In this document: positions 23,861 to 36,626 of the stretch, one piece after another | Layout: every line of letters begins with the position of its first letter | How positions within the stretch are numbered: position 1 is the first letter of the stretch | Assembly (NCBI GenBank): GCA_965645245.1 | Contig: OZ287070.1 | Span: 124,001 to 188,000 of the forward strand | Source: Massalongia carnosa | Taxonomy: Eukaryota | Direction of reading: 5' to 3' | DNA: 64,000 nt | The notes under the pieces: generated by a model | What the model saw: only the letters and a program-made list of their open reading frames with translations | Told to the model about the DNA's origin: nothing | The model's database searches: none | Made by a program: the position numbers and the translations under genes

Positions 23861-24103
23861 CACGTGGTGCGAAATAAAGTTGCCACACCAAAACTCATCA
23901 GTACGAATAAAACTACACAACTATCAAAGCTTCAAAATAATATAGAAAAGATACAACAGATAAACCAGTAAAACAGACTTGATATAGTAATAGATTTATG
24001 TTTTCAAATTCACCTTAACTTTTTTGAAATGTATTACTTAACGATATAGCCTATCATAATTATTTTAAATTTTTGGTGTTTCAACTATTATTCGCACCGC
24101 GTG
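23861..24103. mobile_element. 243-bp MITE with CAC...GTG termini and 5-bp TSD (Transib-like)
   Basis: Imperfect ~33-bp TIRs CACGTGGTGCGAAATAAAGTTGCCACACCAAAA and (reverse complement) CACGCGGTGCGAATAATAGTTGAAACACCAAAA. Direct repeat CCGGC at 23856-23860 and 24104-24108; AT-rich non-coding interior. Confidence 0.75.
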
Positions 24104-25247
24104 CCGGCCTGAGGTGTTGATGTATCCGGAGATGGGTGTATAAGAAGCCGGAGGGGTATGCAAATATCCGTACCTGTCAGGTCACGCACGTCCTGACATA
24201 AGCGACTCGGTAGTTATAACCGATCTCTAATCTCTGACTAGGACACGGCTCGTGTTCGTAATCTTCTTTTCATTGTACCAATCATAATCACTGTAATTAA
24301 ATCAACGAACTGGTGACCCTAAGAAGTGGGGCTATAGGATAAAGACCTGATCGCCCACTTCTTTCGAGGGGTCACTGATCAATTTATTGATTTACCACTC
24401 TTTATTCGTACATTCATCACGAATCCATATAGTAGTCTCGCTGTTAGACTTGACCCCTTACATTTTGATCAGTCTTATTTCCTAGTAACAGCCCGACGAT
24501 ACTATGGCACCACGACGTGCGACTTCAGCTGTGGTTAGAGGTAATTCCTCTGGAAACAACGAGTCGGACACAGTGGAAAACACACCCGACTCCGGGACGA
24601 CTAACCCGCCTCTGTCCTCCATGGACGATATGCAACGTGAATTAGATGAGATAAACGCCCAAAGACAACGCGCCCAGCTAGCTACTAGTCTAGAAAAAGC
24701 CAGAGCAGAGAGAGACGCCGGATTCCCCGCCGAACCCCTCCCGACGACGTTGACTATTCGTCCTAAGGAAATCGACCCATTGAGTCTTGAAAAATCGTTC
24801 AAGACTGCTGACCCAAAGACCTATACAGGAACTAACCAGAAGGACTACGAACAATTAGTCAGAGAATATCTTCGTACCTTCAATCAAAAACCCATCACCT
24901 ATGAAAAGAACACAACAAAGGTCTTGTATGGGGAGAATTATATTGGAAGAACTCCAGCAGATGACTCGCATAGAGAGAAGCCCACACTTGATGAATCTTC
25001 TCTTATATGGAAATATTTTGTTGACTTTCTGTCAGGGTCCTGAGGTCACCTGACATCAGACTAGCATCGATTAGGTAATGTGCCGAGGAACCGACTTTTC
25101 AGGGGTTATATAGAACTCCGCCCGAGTAATGCTTTTAGACTTCGTCTGAAGATTTTGGTGTAGAACTAGGCTATTGAAATTGAACTCGTTTTATCCCTCA
25201 CACAATCTTCAGACCTACAATCAGAATCATTAGGCTAATCAGAAAAC

Positions 25248-26840
25248 ATGAACTCATTAGAATCATCCAGCAGAGATGTCGCTCCCTCGGGGCCGGCCTT
25301 CAACACTAGTGCTCGCTCCATGTCGCGACAATCGACACAGAGCATACCAGGCGAATATGAACCCGCCGACGAAGAGGTGGGAAATGACACTGTTTTGCCG
25401 ACAAACAAAGACAAAGGCAGGGAACCGAAGATCGAGGCCCCGACCTCAGAACCGAAAATCGATATAAGCAATTATGCCATTTATCGAAGTCTGACGGAAA
25501 GCAATCCGTCGAAATCAGCTATGATCATCAAGGTGGCCAATCAAGAAGAGTTGAGAAGGGCCCTCGTCCTAAAGGGAGACGGCGACATATGGTACACTGT
25601 TCTAGCCGGCACGCTCCTACAACATGAGGTCTTGATCGAGAAATATCAGGACTTGAAAAAAAGAAACAAAGATCTAAAAGGTCTACAGGCAGAATGGACC
25701 CGAATGATAAAGAGCTGGGATCACGAGAGACTAGTATTTGAGGAGGATATCGCGGCTGAAAAATTGGAGACTCAGAAGGTCAAAGCGGAAAACTCGGACC
25801 TCATTCGTGAAATATCAGAGATGAAACGTCTAGCTCGCGAAGCTACTCAGACGTCGACCTCATCGACTGGTCAAACTGAAGATCAATCCGCCGTCGCTGC
25901 CCCCTTAAGCAATTATCGACCCAAAGGCACCAACCCGAAGGAGGCCCTCGACGGTTCCAACTCAGACGCCTATAGTGCATGGGCGTTTACGGTGGAAAGA
26001 AAAATCAGAACCGACTCCCCAATGTACACTAGTGAGGAGTTGAAAATCGACTACGCCTTATCGCAGATGAAGGATCCCATTTTCGACGCCATACACACCT
26101 GGGTAGTGGATGCCGGTCCCACTCTCTCTTTGAATACGTTCTTCAAGGAAATTGAGAGCTATCTCGGGATAGCATATTTGACAAAGGACGCGAAGAAGGA
26201 ATTGAAAGAAATAAGCATGAACAAAGATGAAACGGTGACTGAATACTATCATCGAATGTTCAAACTCTGGCAACGTGCAAAAACCCCCGCGGATGAGAGA
26301 ATTGAGACGTTCAAGGACACCCTGCGGCCGAACATCGCGCTGTCTCTATTGGGACGGGACTTCATCAGTCTAGAAACCCTCTTGCATGAAGCCAGGAAAA
26401 TCGAACAGGGAAGAAAGGAGATGAATCAGAAGTACGCGAAGTCGGAATCTCAGAAGCCCGCGAAAATGACGACTTCTCCTTCTTCTTCCGTCGGTCGTGG
26501 TTTAAACAAAACCACGACCGCCACCTCCAGTACCTCGATCACAGTCAAACCAAAAGCGACTACGACCAACTCCGCCATCTCCGCCAACCCGAACTCGAAA
26601 TTCGGACAGGTCTCGACCAAACCGGAAGGATGGGTAGGAGCTTGGTACGAGGGGACGCTTCACCCGCCCAAGTTGGAGGACGGGGAACGAGAGACTCTGT
26701 CACGACAGGGCCGATGTTGGTCGTGCAGAGGATCAGGGCATAGGGGCCGAGACCCCTGTTGCATTAGGCAAGCAGTGAATCTCAGTAGAGTCGCCATTCG
26801 AGAAGACTCATCCGAGTCCGAGGACTCGGAAAAAGAATGA
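25248..26840 (+). CDS. gag: Gypsy D Gag
   Basis: 530-aa intact ORF with a coiled coil, ETVTEYYHR and RCWSCRGSGH zinc knuckle. Confidence 0.92.
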   Translation: MNSLESSSRDVAPSGPAFNTSARSMSRQSTQSIPGEYEPADEEVGNDTVLPTNKDKGREPKIEAPTSEPKIDISNYAIYRSLTESNPSKSAMIIKVANQEELRRALVLKGDGDIWYTVLAGTLLQHEVLIEKYQDLKKRNKDLKGLQAEWTRMIKSWDHERLVFEEDIAAEKLETQKVKAENSDLIREISEMKRLAREATQTSTSSTGQTEDQSAVAAPLSNYRPKGTNPKEALDGSNSDAYSAWAFTVERKIRTDSPMYTSEELKIDYALSQMKDPIFDAIHTWVVDAGPTLSLNTFFKEIESYLGIAYLTKDAKKELKEISMNKDETVTEYYHRMFKLWQRAKTPADERIETFKDTLRPNIALSLLGRDFISLETLLHEARKIEQGRKEMNQKYAKSESQKPAKMTTSPSSSVGRGLNKTTTATSSTSITVKPKATTTNSAISANPNSKFGQVSTKPEGWVGAWYEGTLHPPKLEDGERETLSRQGRCWSCRGSGHRGRDPCCIRQAVNLSRVAIREDSSESEDSEKE

Positions 26841-29800
26841 TTCCTGATGATAGTCGCCATCAGGAATGTCGAGAAGTTTCATTAAGGGTTGTTAGAGCAT
26901 CTGTTCTTTCTGTCGATCATCTCGTTCCGGGCAAGCATCTTTTATTTAGATGTAGTATAGCCTCTAATGAAAATCAGTTGATGATCGATAACGGAAGTGA
27001 AGCTCAATTTCTTCATGAATCCTTTGCGCGCAAAAGAAAACTAGAGACCATTAGACTAAAAAAAAGAGACAGGGTCAGACTGGAACTTGGGGATGGAAAA
27101 GTCCATCAAATCATTGATAAGGCCGTTATCGTTCCCGTCAGAATCGGAGATCATGAGGAAAACTTATTCTGCTATCTGGCCGACATAGGTAATCATACCT
27201 TGATCATCGGTGATGGATGGCTGCAGGAGCATAACCCTCACATTGATTGGGTTGAACGCACCATGACGTTCTCCAATCGGTGCGTCAGTAAGGGATGCGC
27301 ACCTCGATCTCATTCAGTCTCAAAATTTGAATCCACAATCTTGGAGAAGGAAACGACTGCCTCAGCAAAGAACGAGGCCTTTGAAAATTTCGATATTCAG
27401 TCCCTCACCCCGAAGCGATTTATGAAACTTCTTCGAAGATCGGGTCATCAGACTTACTGTTTCTATCCGAGGGAAAAGCTCAACAAGAAGTTAGATAGGT
27501 ACGAGAAGAAGCTTCTGACTGCTTCAAGTATCAACGCAGTCACCAGCGACGATCATGAGAAGTTCATGAAAGACAAAGTCGAATATACTCTGGAAGAATT
27601 GAAAAAACGAGTACCCGAGGCCTATCATGGCGAGATTGAAGTCTTCATGAGGGCTAAGGCAGACGAGTTGGCACCTCATCGAAAAGAGGATCACGAAATC
27701 AATTTGATGCCCGGGATCGAGCCCCCGTTCATCAAGAATTATCGGCCCATGTCCGAACAGGAATTGACCGCGGTAAGAAAATATCTAGATGAGCACTTAG
27801 CAAAAGGGTTTATTCGTCCGAGCTCGTCAAAGGCGGCCGCGCCGGTACTATTGGTCAGGAAACCAGGCGGGGGTCTTCGCTTTTGCGTAGATTATCGAGA
27901 TCTGAATAATATCACGGAGAAAAGTCGATACCCCATTCCATTGATCAGCGAGACATTGGCGAAACTCGCCAAAGCAAAGTGGTTTACTAAATTGGACGTC
28001 ATTCATGCATTCAATAGGATGAGGATTAAAGAGGGACAAGAGTGGCTCACGGCGTTCAATACTCGATACGGTCAATTTGAATATCTTGTGATGCCCTTCG
28101 GACTATGCAACGCTCCATCAACATTTCAGAGCTATATCAATAACTCCCTGCGAGAATACTTAGATTATTTCGTCACCGCCTATCTGGACGACGTACTGGT
28201 GTTCAGTGAAACAGAAACGGAGCACATCGAGCAGGTACTGAAGGTACTTCGTTGTCTGAAAGAAAGAGGACTTCAACTGGACATAGACAAGTGTGAATTC
28301 TCTGTCTCCGAAGTCAAGTACCTCGGAATGTTCGTGGGGGTGAATGGCGTTAGAATGGACCCAGAAAAGGTGACGGCCATACTAGAATGGAAGACGCCCG
28401 CGTCAGTAAAAGAGGTGCAGTCCTTTCTTGGATTCGCTAACTTCTATCGTCGCTTCATTGAGCGATTCTCCGAAAAGGTGAAGTGTCTGACCGAGCTAAC
28501 CCGCGGAGAGCAATATGTCACGAAAGGCGGAAAGAGACGCACCAAGTATCAAGACTTCGTGTGGACCACTGAAGGTCAGCAAGCTTTCGAAGACATGAAG
28601 ATTTCTTTTACCTCTGCGCCGATTCTTGCTCATTACGACCCAAGGCTAGAGACCTGGGTGGAGACAGACGCATCTGACTTCGTAGTATCGGGGATACTCT
28701 CTCAGATGCATGAAGGCGTTCTGAAACCCGTGGCTTATTTCTCGAAGAAGATGAGCCCCGCCGAATGCAATTATGAGATCTACGATAAAGAACTCCTAGC
28801 CATCGTAGAAAGTTTCGTCATCTGGAGACCGGAGCTAGCGGGAGTGGAGCAATCAACAAAGGTCTACTCAGATCATAATAATCTGGAGACCTTCATGACT
28901 TTGAAACAACTAAATCGCCGTCAAGTGCGTTGGGCTGAGATGCTGGCGGAATATAATTTTCGCATTATGTATAGACCAGGCAAGCAAGGGGGCAAACCGG
29001 ACGCCCTCACCAGAAGAGAGCAAGATCTGCCGATGGACGCGGAGGATGATCGCACCAGATATCAATATCAGGTGCTGCTAAAAGAAAATCAGCTGGACGA
29101 TGAAGTGAAACAGGACCTGAAGCTGTACGTGACAACCAGATCCATGGCCAATCGAGAACGGGTTGAAGACAACATTACTACTGACTCATCCGATCAAATC
29201 AGGGATGAGGAAGTAGAGGACTTGACGGTAGAGGAGTTCACAATCAATTCGAATGATGATTCGGATGCAGAAAAGCCTGATGAATTATTTGAAAATCTTT
29301 TAGCGGAGGCATATCAAGAAGACGCAATGATTCGGGAAGTCATGAAGGCTAAGTTGGAAAATCTGAAGAAATTGCCCGATAAAATTCTAAGCAACGGGCT
29401 GAGACTGGCGATGGGTGACTTGGAAGTCCGTCACGAAAGACTATACTACAAAACACGCCTCTTCATTCCGAATTTCGACAAGCTGAAGCTGCGTCTTTTA
29501 TCGGATCATCATAATCCCCCGATGCAAGGACACCCCGGGTATCGAGGCATGTATGCCAAAATGCTGGAGAACTATTTCTGGATGTCCATGAAGGATGATT
29601 GTCGAAGATACGCTACTAACTGCTCTACATGCCGAAGGTCCAAGGCGTACAACGATCAGAAACAGGGACTATTAGCCCCACTACCCATACCTCAAAGAAA
29701 ATGGACAGACTTATCTCTGGACTTTGTAGTCAAACTGCCCAAATGTCACAGACGGGGCCGGACGTACGAAAATATCTTGGTTATCGTGGACAGATTGACC

Positions 29801-30757
29801 AAACGTAGGTTGTACGAACCTATGGTGGATATAGGCACGAAGGACGTACTAGAAGTCCTCAAACGTCGGGTCTTTTCAACATACGGCTTGCCAAACTCCA
29901 TCGTCCACGATCGCGGGACGCAATTGACAGCCCATCTGTGGAAGCGAATTTGTCAGCGATTAGGAGTCAAATCGAAACCGTCCTCCGCGCATCATCCAGA
30001 AACAGATGGTCAAACCGAAAATGCGAATAAGGTTATGAAGAACTACCTGAGAGCATACGTCAGACATGCTCAAGACGACTGGGTGGACTACTTACCAGAT
30101 GCCGAATTTGCAGTCAATAATCATACGAACGCTTCAACCGGAATGTCCCCCTTCTTCGCTGATCACGGTTATCACCCTCGTAGTGGCTCGGAGCCGCCTC
30201 AGCCTTTTGACTCAAATGTCACCGGACGCGCGGAACTGATGTCGGCAGACAAAATAACCGCCCGACAAGAAGCCATGACCAAATGGCTTATCGAGCACCT
30301 AACCTGGGCACAGGCAGATCAGATGAGATATGCCAATGAGTCGCGGGCCCCACATCCAGACTACAAGATAGGAGACATGGTATATGTCAACACCAAAGAT
30401 TTCTCCGTCGACAAGCAGAGTCGCTCCCTGAGTTCCAAAAACGCGGGGCCATGGAAAATCATCCGAAACATAGATAACAAGGCCTATGAATTGGAAATTC
30501 CCGAACACTTGAAAAGAGTGGGGCTCACACCCATATTTCATCCATGGAAACTTCATCTGGCTCCTACGAATCCATTCCCCGGTCAACTTATTGAACCGGG
30601 TCCCCCGATACTGATTCAAGAAGACGCCGAATCCAGTCCTCATGAAGAATATGAAGTCCTCGAAATCGTCGACTGCCGTGAAACTAAGAAATACGGCACT
30701 CAGTATAAAGCAACCTATATCGGCTCATGGGATGACTGGAACGCAAACCCACCTTGA
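26837..30757 (+). CDS. pol: Gypsy D Pol (PR-RT-RH-IN-chromodomain; premature TGA in the chromodomain)
   Basis: 1306-aa ORF in the -1 frame relative to gag: MIDNGS protease, YLDD, ETDASD, HHPETDGQTE, PIFHPW, EEYEVLEIVD. The stop sits where the paralogue at ~63980 has TGG. Confidence 0.93.
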   Translation: MIPDDSRHQECREVSLRVVRASVLSVDHLVPGKHLLFRCSIASNENQLMIDNGSEAQFLHESFARKRKLETIRLKKRDRVRLELGDGKVHQIIDKAVIVPVRIGDHEENLFCYLADIGNHTLIIGDGWLQEHNPHIDWVERTMTFSNRCVSKGCAPRSHSVSKFESTILEKETTASAKNEAFENFDIQSLTPKRFMKLLRRSGHQTYCFYPREKLNKKLDRYEKKLLTASSINAVTSDDHEKFMKDKVEYTLEELKKRVPEAYHGEIEVFMRAKADELAPHRKEDHEINLMPGIEPPFIKNYRPMSEQELTAVRKYLDEHLAKGFIRPSSSKAAAPVLLVRKPGGGLRFCVDYRDLNNITEKSRYPIPLISETLAKLAKAKWFTKLDVIHAFNRMRIKEGQEWLTAFNTRYGQFEYLVMPFGLCNAPSTFQSYINNSLREYLDYFVTAYLDDVLVFSETETEHIEQVLKVLRCLKERGLQLDIDKCEFSVSEVKYLGMFVGVNGVRMDPEKVTAILEWKTPASVKEVQSFLGFANFYRRFIERFSEKVKCLTELTRGEQYVTKGGKRRTKYQDFVWTTEGQQAFEDMKISFTSAPILAHYDPRLETWVETDASDFVVSGILSQMHEGVLKPVAYFSKKMSPAECNYEIYDKELLAIVESFVIWRPELAGVEQSTKVYSDHNNLETFMTLKQLNRRQVRWAEMLAEYNFRIMYRPGKQGGKPDALTRREQDLPMDAEDDRTRYQYQVLLKENQLDDEVKQDLKLYVTTRSMANRERVEDNITTDSSDQIRDEEVEDLTVEEFTINSNDDSDAEKPDELFENLLAEAYQEDAMIREVMKAKLENLKKLPDKILSNGLRLAMGDLEVRHERLYYKTRLFIPNFDKLKLRLLSDHHNPPMQGHPGYRGMYAKMLENYFWMSMKDDCRRYATNCSTCRRSKAYNDQKQGLLAPLPIPQRKWTDLSLDFVVKLPKCHRRGRTYENILVIVDRLTKRRLYEPMVDIGTKDVLEVLKRRVFSTYGLPNSIVHDRGTQLTAHLWKRICQRLGVKSKPSSAHHPETDGQTENANKVMKNYLRAYVRHAQDDWVDYLPDAEFAVNNHTNASTGMSPFFADHGYHPRSGSEPPQPFDSNVTGRAELMSADKITARQEAMTKWLIEHLTWAQADQMRYANESRAPHPDYKIGDMVYVNTKDFSVDKQSRSLSSKNAGPWKIIRNIDNKAYELEIPEHLKRVGLTPIFHPWKLHLAPTNPFPGQLIEPGPPILIQEDAESSPHEEYEVLEIVDCRETKKYGTQYKATYIGSWDDWNANPP

Positions 30758-31599
30758 CAGCCATGGACTGATTTCATTCGCGCCAAAGAAGAAATCAGAA
30801 AATTTCATACAGACAATAAAGGAAAACCCAACGCCCCAAAGGATGTCCTATTCATGAATAACAGTCAACCATCGACGTCCGGAGCCGCCGTCTCAGAGGA
30901 GGGGTAGTGGCAGGGTCCTGAGGTCACCTGACATCAGACTAGCATCGATTAGGTAATGTGCCGAGGAACCGACTTTTCAGGGGTTATATAGAACTCCGCC
31001 CGAGTAAAGCTTTTAGACTTCGTCTGAAGATTTTGGTGTAGAACTAGGCTATTGAAATTGAACTCGTTTTATCCCTCACACTTTCTCCAGGAAAAGCTAA
31101 AACCAAAACATCTTCGTCTATTGGATCTCGGAGGACAATTGAAGAAATTAAAACAACGACCAGGACAAACAGTGTCGGAGTTAGTTTCTTATCTCGACAC
31201 ACTGGAAGATCAACTTCTAGAAATACCTTCCGAATCACAAAGACATAGTAATCTTCTACATTCTCTTCATGATTATCTACAGAGAGCTATTATTCGAGTT
31301 AATTCTCAGGGCACAACACGACTTGCATTAATTGAAGCGGCCCGAGTAGCAGAAAGAGTGGAACCTAAACCAGATTTCGTTCGGAACGCCACTCGTCCCC
31401 ATCATCGATCTACAAACGAAGAAAGGCCGCAGAGGGCCCCGAGTCACCAACGAACCGTGACCTACAACAAGGCCTCGAGTTCAAAGACGAGCGAAACTTC
31501 CGAGGCTAGTCCCGCTCAAGCAGTCGTTACTTGCCCGAGTCGTAAACGACCCCGAGAAGACACCACCGATTCTCCAAAAATCACTTGTTTACTATGATA

Positions 31600-34500
31600 A
31601 CTTTATATCTAGGACAAGTAATATTACGAATTCGGGCCATGATTGACTGCGGTTCGACATGGAATTTCGTGTCACAACTCAAGGTCAAAGAACTCGGCAT
31701 CCGATTCACCCCCGACTAGCCATCGCCGTCCGATTTAAAGACTCTGGATGGAACACCTCTGCGTACCTATCGAAATCACTCCCTACTAGTTGGGGTTGTT
31801 GACAGTAGGGGTATTGAGGATCGAACGGAACATAAGTTCGTGGGTGCTGACATGTTCGGGGTGGAGATGATACTAGGCCTACCCTGGTTAAATTGGGTGG
31901 ACCCGGTTATCCGCTGGCATGAGCGCAAATTGTTCCATGTTCGTCGGACCAAAAGTGGCGACGATAGGGCTTGTCTGCATGAGATTTTACCTCTCGAGAC
32001 TGAAAGGCGTGTAGAAGAGGGGGTTACCCCCCCCGAAGTAAAAATACCAGTAGTCAAGCGGACGTAGCGATGGTGAGCAGGGACAAAATTTGGGACATTT
32101 GTGAAAAGGATAGAGTTCAGGCATTCCTTTTAGATATCGAGAAGCTCGATCGGGCAGGAACCGTAGTCGGTTCGGTGACGGAGGTAACAAATGAAATCCC
32201 TTCCAAATATTCAGATTTCCATGACGTCTTTTCGAAAGATAATGCACAGAAGTCGCCTGATCATAGACCTCAGGATCATGCTATCGATACGGAAGGAAAA
32301 CAGCCTCCATTCGGTCCATTATACAATTTATCCTTGACCGAGTTACAAATATTACGGGAGTACCTCGACGAATATTTGGCCAAAGGGTTTATAGTTCCTA
32401 GCACTTAATCGGCCGGTGCTCCTATTTTATTCGTCAAGAAAAAAAATGGTGGTCTGAGACTATGTGATGATTATCGGGGACTGAACGCTATCACCATCAA
32501 AAATCGATATCCTTTACCCTTGATCATGAACATATTAAATGTTCTTGTTGGCGCCGTCTACTTTTCTAAACTCGATATCCGGGATGTGTCACGGATTACA
32601 ACGCTCTAACCTCAGGCAACACATGACATAGTGCTATTAACCTTATCTAACCGAAAACGGATTTAGCACTGCTTTTAGCGACATTATTAACACGCGTGGT
32701 ATGAGCAGTTCAACGACGGCGATGAAAACCTGCATTAGGCTTAGCACGGGTATGAGTGTTTATTAACCGGCGATCTGTAAATAGCTTTCTTTCTTCATCT
32801 TACTAGTTTTCGTACATAGTCCCTATTAGATTTCTATCTAGGTCGACGTGCTACAGGATGCATATCATAAAATCCGGGTACGGGCCGGTGACGAATAGAA
32901 AACGGCTTTTCGATGCAGGTACGGTCAATTTGAATACCGGGTTATGCCTTTCGGACTAGTCAACGCCCCTGCGTCATTCCAGGCCTACATAAACGAAGCC
33001 CTACGGGAATATTTAGAGGACTTTGTAGTGGTGTACTTGGACGACATTTTGATATTCTCTAAATCGATGAAAGATCATACACATATCCGACTAGTCCTGG
33101 ATAAATTACGGAAATTCAGTCTACAGGTGAAATTATCCAAGTGCCTCTTTGACCAGACTGAAATTGAATTTCTAGGATTTATTGTAAATCAGAATGGTAC
33201 ATCTATGGACTCGTCTCGGGTAGCGAAGATTATAAATTGGCCTGAACCCAAAAATCATCGAGATGTTCAAGTATTTCTCGGCTTTGCAAATTTCTATAGG
33301 CGATTTATCAACGAATTCTCGCGCATTGTGGCCGCCTTAACGACGCTACTAAAAGGGGGAAAGAAAGGAAAGTTCAATATTAAATTCTCATTCACCGAAG
33401 AAGCAAGAGAATCATTTCGTCGTCTCAAGCATGCTTTTACCACCGCTCCTATGTTATTGTATTTTGACCCTAAGCGGAAAATACAATTAGAGACGGACGC
33501 GTCCGGAGTCGCGATTTCAGCTATTTTATCACAATTGGTTGAATCGACGGGACAGTGGCATCCTATTGCTTTTTGGTCAAGAAAAATGCATGCAGCCGAA
33601 TTAAACTACGGTGTTGACGAAACAGAAATGTTAGCCATTGCTGAAGCATGTAAGGAGTGGAGACATTATCTTGAGAGGGCGATACATTCGATTCGGGTAA
33701 TAACCGATCATTGTAATCTTCGTACCTTTCTTACTACCCAAAATTTATCTAGACGAGAGGCGAGATGGTGGGAAAGACTTTCTAGTCTTGATCTCGTCAT
33801 TGAATATCGTCCAGGTCGTCATAATCCAGCCGATGGACCCTCTAGACGCCCGGATTATATAGAAGAAAGGCACGACTTGTCTCATCAAGCCGGAGCTATA
33901 ATTCCTGGAAGATTCGGGGGGGTCTCGGAGGGGAATCGGGGTGGGATAGAGGAGCTCATTACGTCAAATTGGACAATGGCCCTTGTGAATGGTGAATCTC
34001 AAGTAGCTGACGATGCTATGGATCGGGAATCTACTATAAATGAATTATCAGACGGGGCAAATCGCGATTTGATGAGTCCACCCGTTGTCGAAAAAAATTG
34101 TTGGAGTACTGCGCAGGCCCAACAAACCACTGAAGGAATTGGAATTGATTCGGCTGAAATTGTCAAAATTCTTGAAATTCTTGCGGTTGTTGGAAGAACT
34201 AAAGGGAAAAAATCAGGAAGTAGTTCCGATACCTCTTAGTTACACGAGAAGTTGAATAATTTAAAATCAGTTGGACTCAAACTCGTGGAAACTTCGGATG
34301 AGAAGTTTGGAATTTCTCGGGAAGAGATAAAAAATGTCTCTGAGAAAGACTCGGCGTTTGGGGCCGCCCCAATGAAACTATGCACAGTTTTACAAATTCT
34401 GCAAGAGCCTGATCAACTAGTGCAGAAGAAACGGCCCTCCATCGCATCGTCGATGGAAGAGGGGCGGAATTCTATAGGACTACTACATGACGCGTCGAGG

Positions 34501-35985
34501 GATAAATCGGGGGGCAACGAAGACTCGTCAGGCTCTCAGCTCCAAGACGGGCGGGAGTCGGGGGGCGAAGTCGAAGGATACCTAGAAAAAACCCGAAGGC
34601 ATATGAAGGATAATATCCTATGCAGGGACAATAGGTGGTATATTCCCCCTGGTCTATTACGTGCTGAACTTTTGCGGCAGAATCATGATGATCCCAATGC
34701 GGGCCACTTTGGTTATTCCAGAACGTTGGAATTGATCCAGAGGAAATATTATTGGCCCGAAATGGTCAAGAATATCAAGCATTATGTGGAAACGTGTACT
34801 CGTTATCATCAAGTCAAATCGTCCAGATATAAGCCCTTCGGGTTATTAGAATCCCTACCCGTACCAAAAGGGCCTAGACAAAATTGGACGATGGACTTCA
34901 TAACGGATCTGTCTCCGAGTCTCCGCCGAACCGTGGCCTATGATGCGATTCTTGTCATGGTGGATCGGTATACGAAATATTCTCCATATATTCCCGCACG
35001 AAAGGTCTGGAATGCTGAAATCATGGCTGACGTCCTAGTGGAAGAAATATTTACCAAATTCGGTATGCCAGTGTCTATTGTCTCGGATAGGGGTAGTTTA
35101 TTCACCTCAAAGTACTGGTCTCATTTCTGTTATCATTTGAGAAATCGACTCAGTTACAGTACAGCCTTTCATCCACAAACAGATGGTCAAACCGAGAGAC
35201 AAAATCAGACACTGGAACATTATCTACGATGCTACGTCAATTATTAACAGGATGACTGGACTTACTGGTTACCCTTGGCAGAGTTCGCTTATAATAATAG
35301 CTTACATAGTGTCATAAAAATGACCCCCTTCGAAGCTATATTTGGAGAAGCGCCCAAATGGGAAGACGAAATTCTGACTGAAAAGGGGTCCGAGGTTCCT
35401 GCTGTACGCGTCCTGGCCACTGACATAATGGACAAAAGAAAACACCTGGAGAAATTATTACAAACAGCTTCAAGTACCCAGGCTAGATATTATGATCAGA
35501 AACATATTCCCAAGAAGTATAATTTCGGTGATAAAGTCCTCTTGAACGCAAAAAATATTAAATCCACTCGTCCGTCCAAAAAACTGGACTACAAATATTA
35601 CGGGCCATACGAAATTGTCTCTCCTATAGGAAAACAGGCCTATAAACTCCAACTTTCCCCGTTATTGAAGGGCATTCATAATGTGTTCCATGTTTCCCTA
35701 TTGGAACCTTATAGATATGACCAGAACAAAATATATGAACCACCTCTACCCATAGAAGTAGAAGGGGAAGAATAATGGGAGGTAGAACAGGTGCTGGATA
35801 GTAGAATTCACTATGGAAAACTCCAATATCTGGTGAAATGGATGGGATTTTCTGATACGGATAATCAATGGTTATCCGTCGAAGACATGGAAGGATCACA
35901 GGAATTAATTAATTTCTATCATAATCAATATCCGGAAAAACCGTCCAGAACTCCTACGAGGAAGAAAAGAAAATCGAAGGCATGA
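31600..35985 (+). pseudogene. pol: Gypsy C pol (PR-RT-RH-IN-chromodomain), many stops, solo LTR in RT
   Basis: MIDCGST, YLDD, ETDASG, AFHPQTDGQTERQNQ, HNVFHVSLLEPY and LQYLVKWMG motifs in collinear fragments. Confidence 0.9.
32587..32855. mobile_element. solo LTR inserted in the RT of Gypsy C
   Basis: TGTCAC...CTACA, 269 bp, TSD GGATG at 32582-32586 and 32856-32860. The RT reading LDIRDA-YHKIRV is restored on removal. Confidence 0.9.
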
Positions 35986-36138
35986 ACCATTTCCATTGGA
36001 GTCGAATGATCCAGAAGCAGACTGCTATCTACCACACCACAACCACCTTCTCTCACCCCTTCACCCCCTTTTCAATCACCAAAATATCCTCCCCTGGAGG
36101 GGGTCCAACCTCTAATCCTGCCTAAAAGTGTCAAATGA

Positions 36139-36626
36139 TTAAATTAATTCGACACTAGACCTCCCCCAAGAGATGAGCCACCGAGCAGCGGAAATTGACT
36201 TGAACCTACCCAAATTAGACCAAATTTTCCTAACAGAGCTCCACCTACGGGGAACATTTATCCTTCTTCCGGCGACACTCCCCACACTTCCCCGACTCCT
36301 CGGACCACTCACAGGCGACAGGGTCGCCCCCAAGGGTCTGCTTGGCACACCGGAGGCAAACGCTTACCTTCGGGGTAGGCCCCACCCAAATGGGCGGGTG
36401 GAGGAGCGGAAAAGGGGGAGGCAGAGGGAAACCGCCACGAACCGGGGCGGAAACGGGTGGCGCGGCGGGGGGAAACCAAAACACCCAGGAAAACATGGTC
36501 CTGCGGACCAGGAGTGGTAGGGCGGCGGGGGCGAGGAGGGGGGGAAACGGCCGGGTGGGACCGCTTGGCCCGCGATGAACGGGCAGAAACCGGAACAACA
36601 CGCCGAGGTTGTTGAGACCTCGACAT
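36139..36626 (-). pseudogene. antisense accessory gene in Gypsy C: Pro/Arg-rich N-terminus plus six-cysteine zinc-cluster-like motif
   Basis: CLRCAKQTLGGDPVACEWSEESGKCGECRRKKDKC in ORF 36245-36808, followed by a 43-nt GTAGGT...CTAAT...TAG intron-like segment. The ATG at 36626 is in another frame. Confidence 0.5.

Larger units (their letters stand above)
25030..31080 (+). mobile_element. Ty3/Gypsy chromovirus D, near intact, nested in Gypsy C gag
   Basis: 173-bp LTRs at 25030-25202 and 30908-31080 (2 differences); TSD CTTTC at 25025-25029 and 31081-31085; PPT AGAGGAGGGG. Confidence 0.96.
24504..31597 (+). pseudogene. gag: Gypsy C gag, split by Gypsy D
   Basis: MAPRRATS...WKYFVDF (24504-25029) resumes after the TSD as LQEKLKP...LKQRPGQTVSEL (31086-31597). 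Confidence 0.85.
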
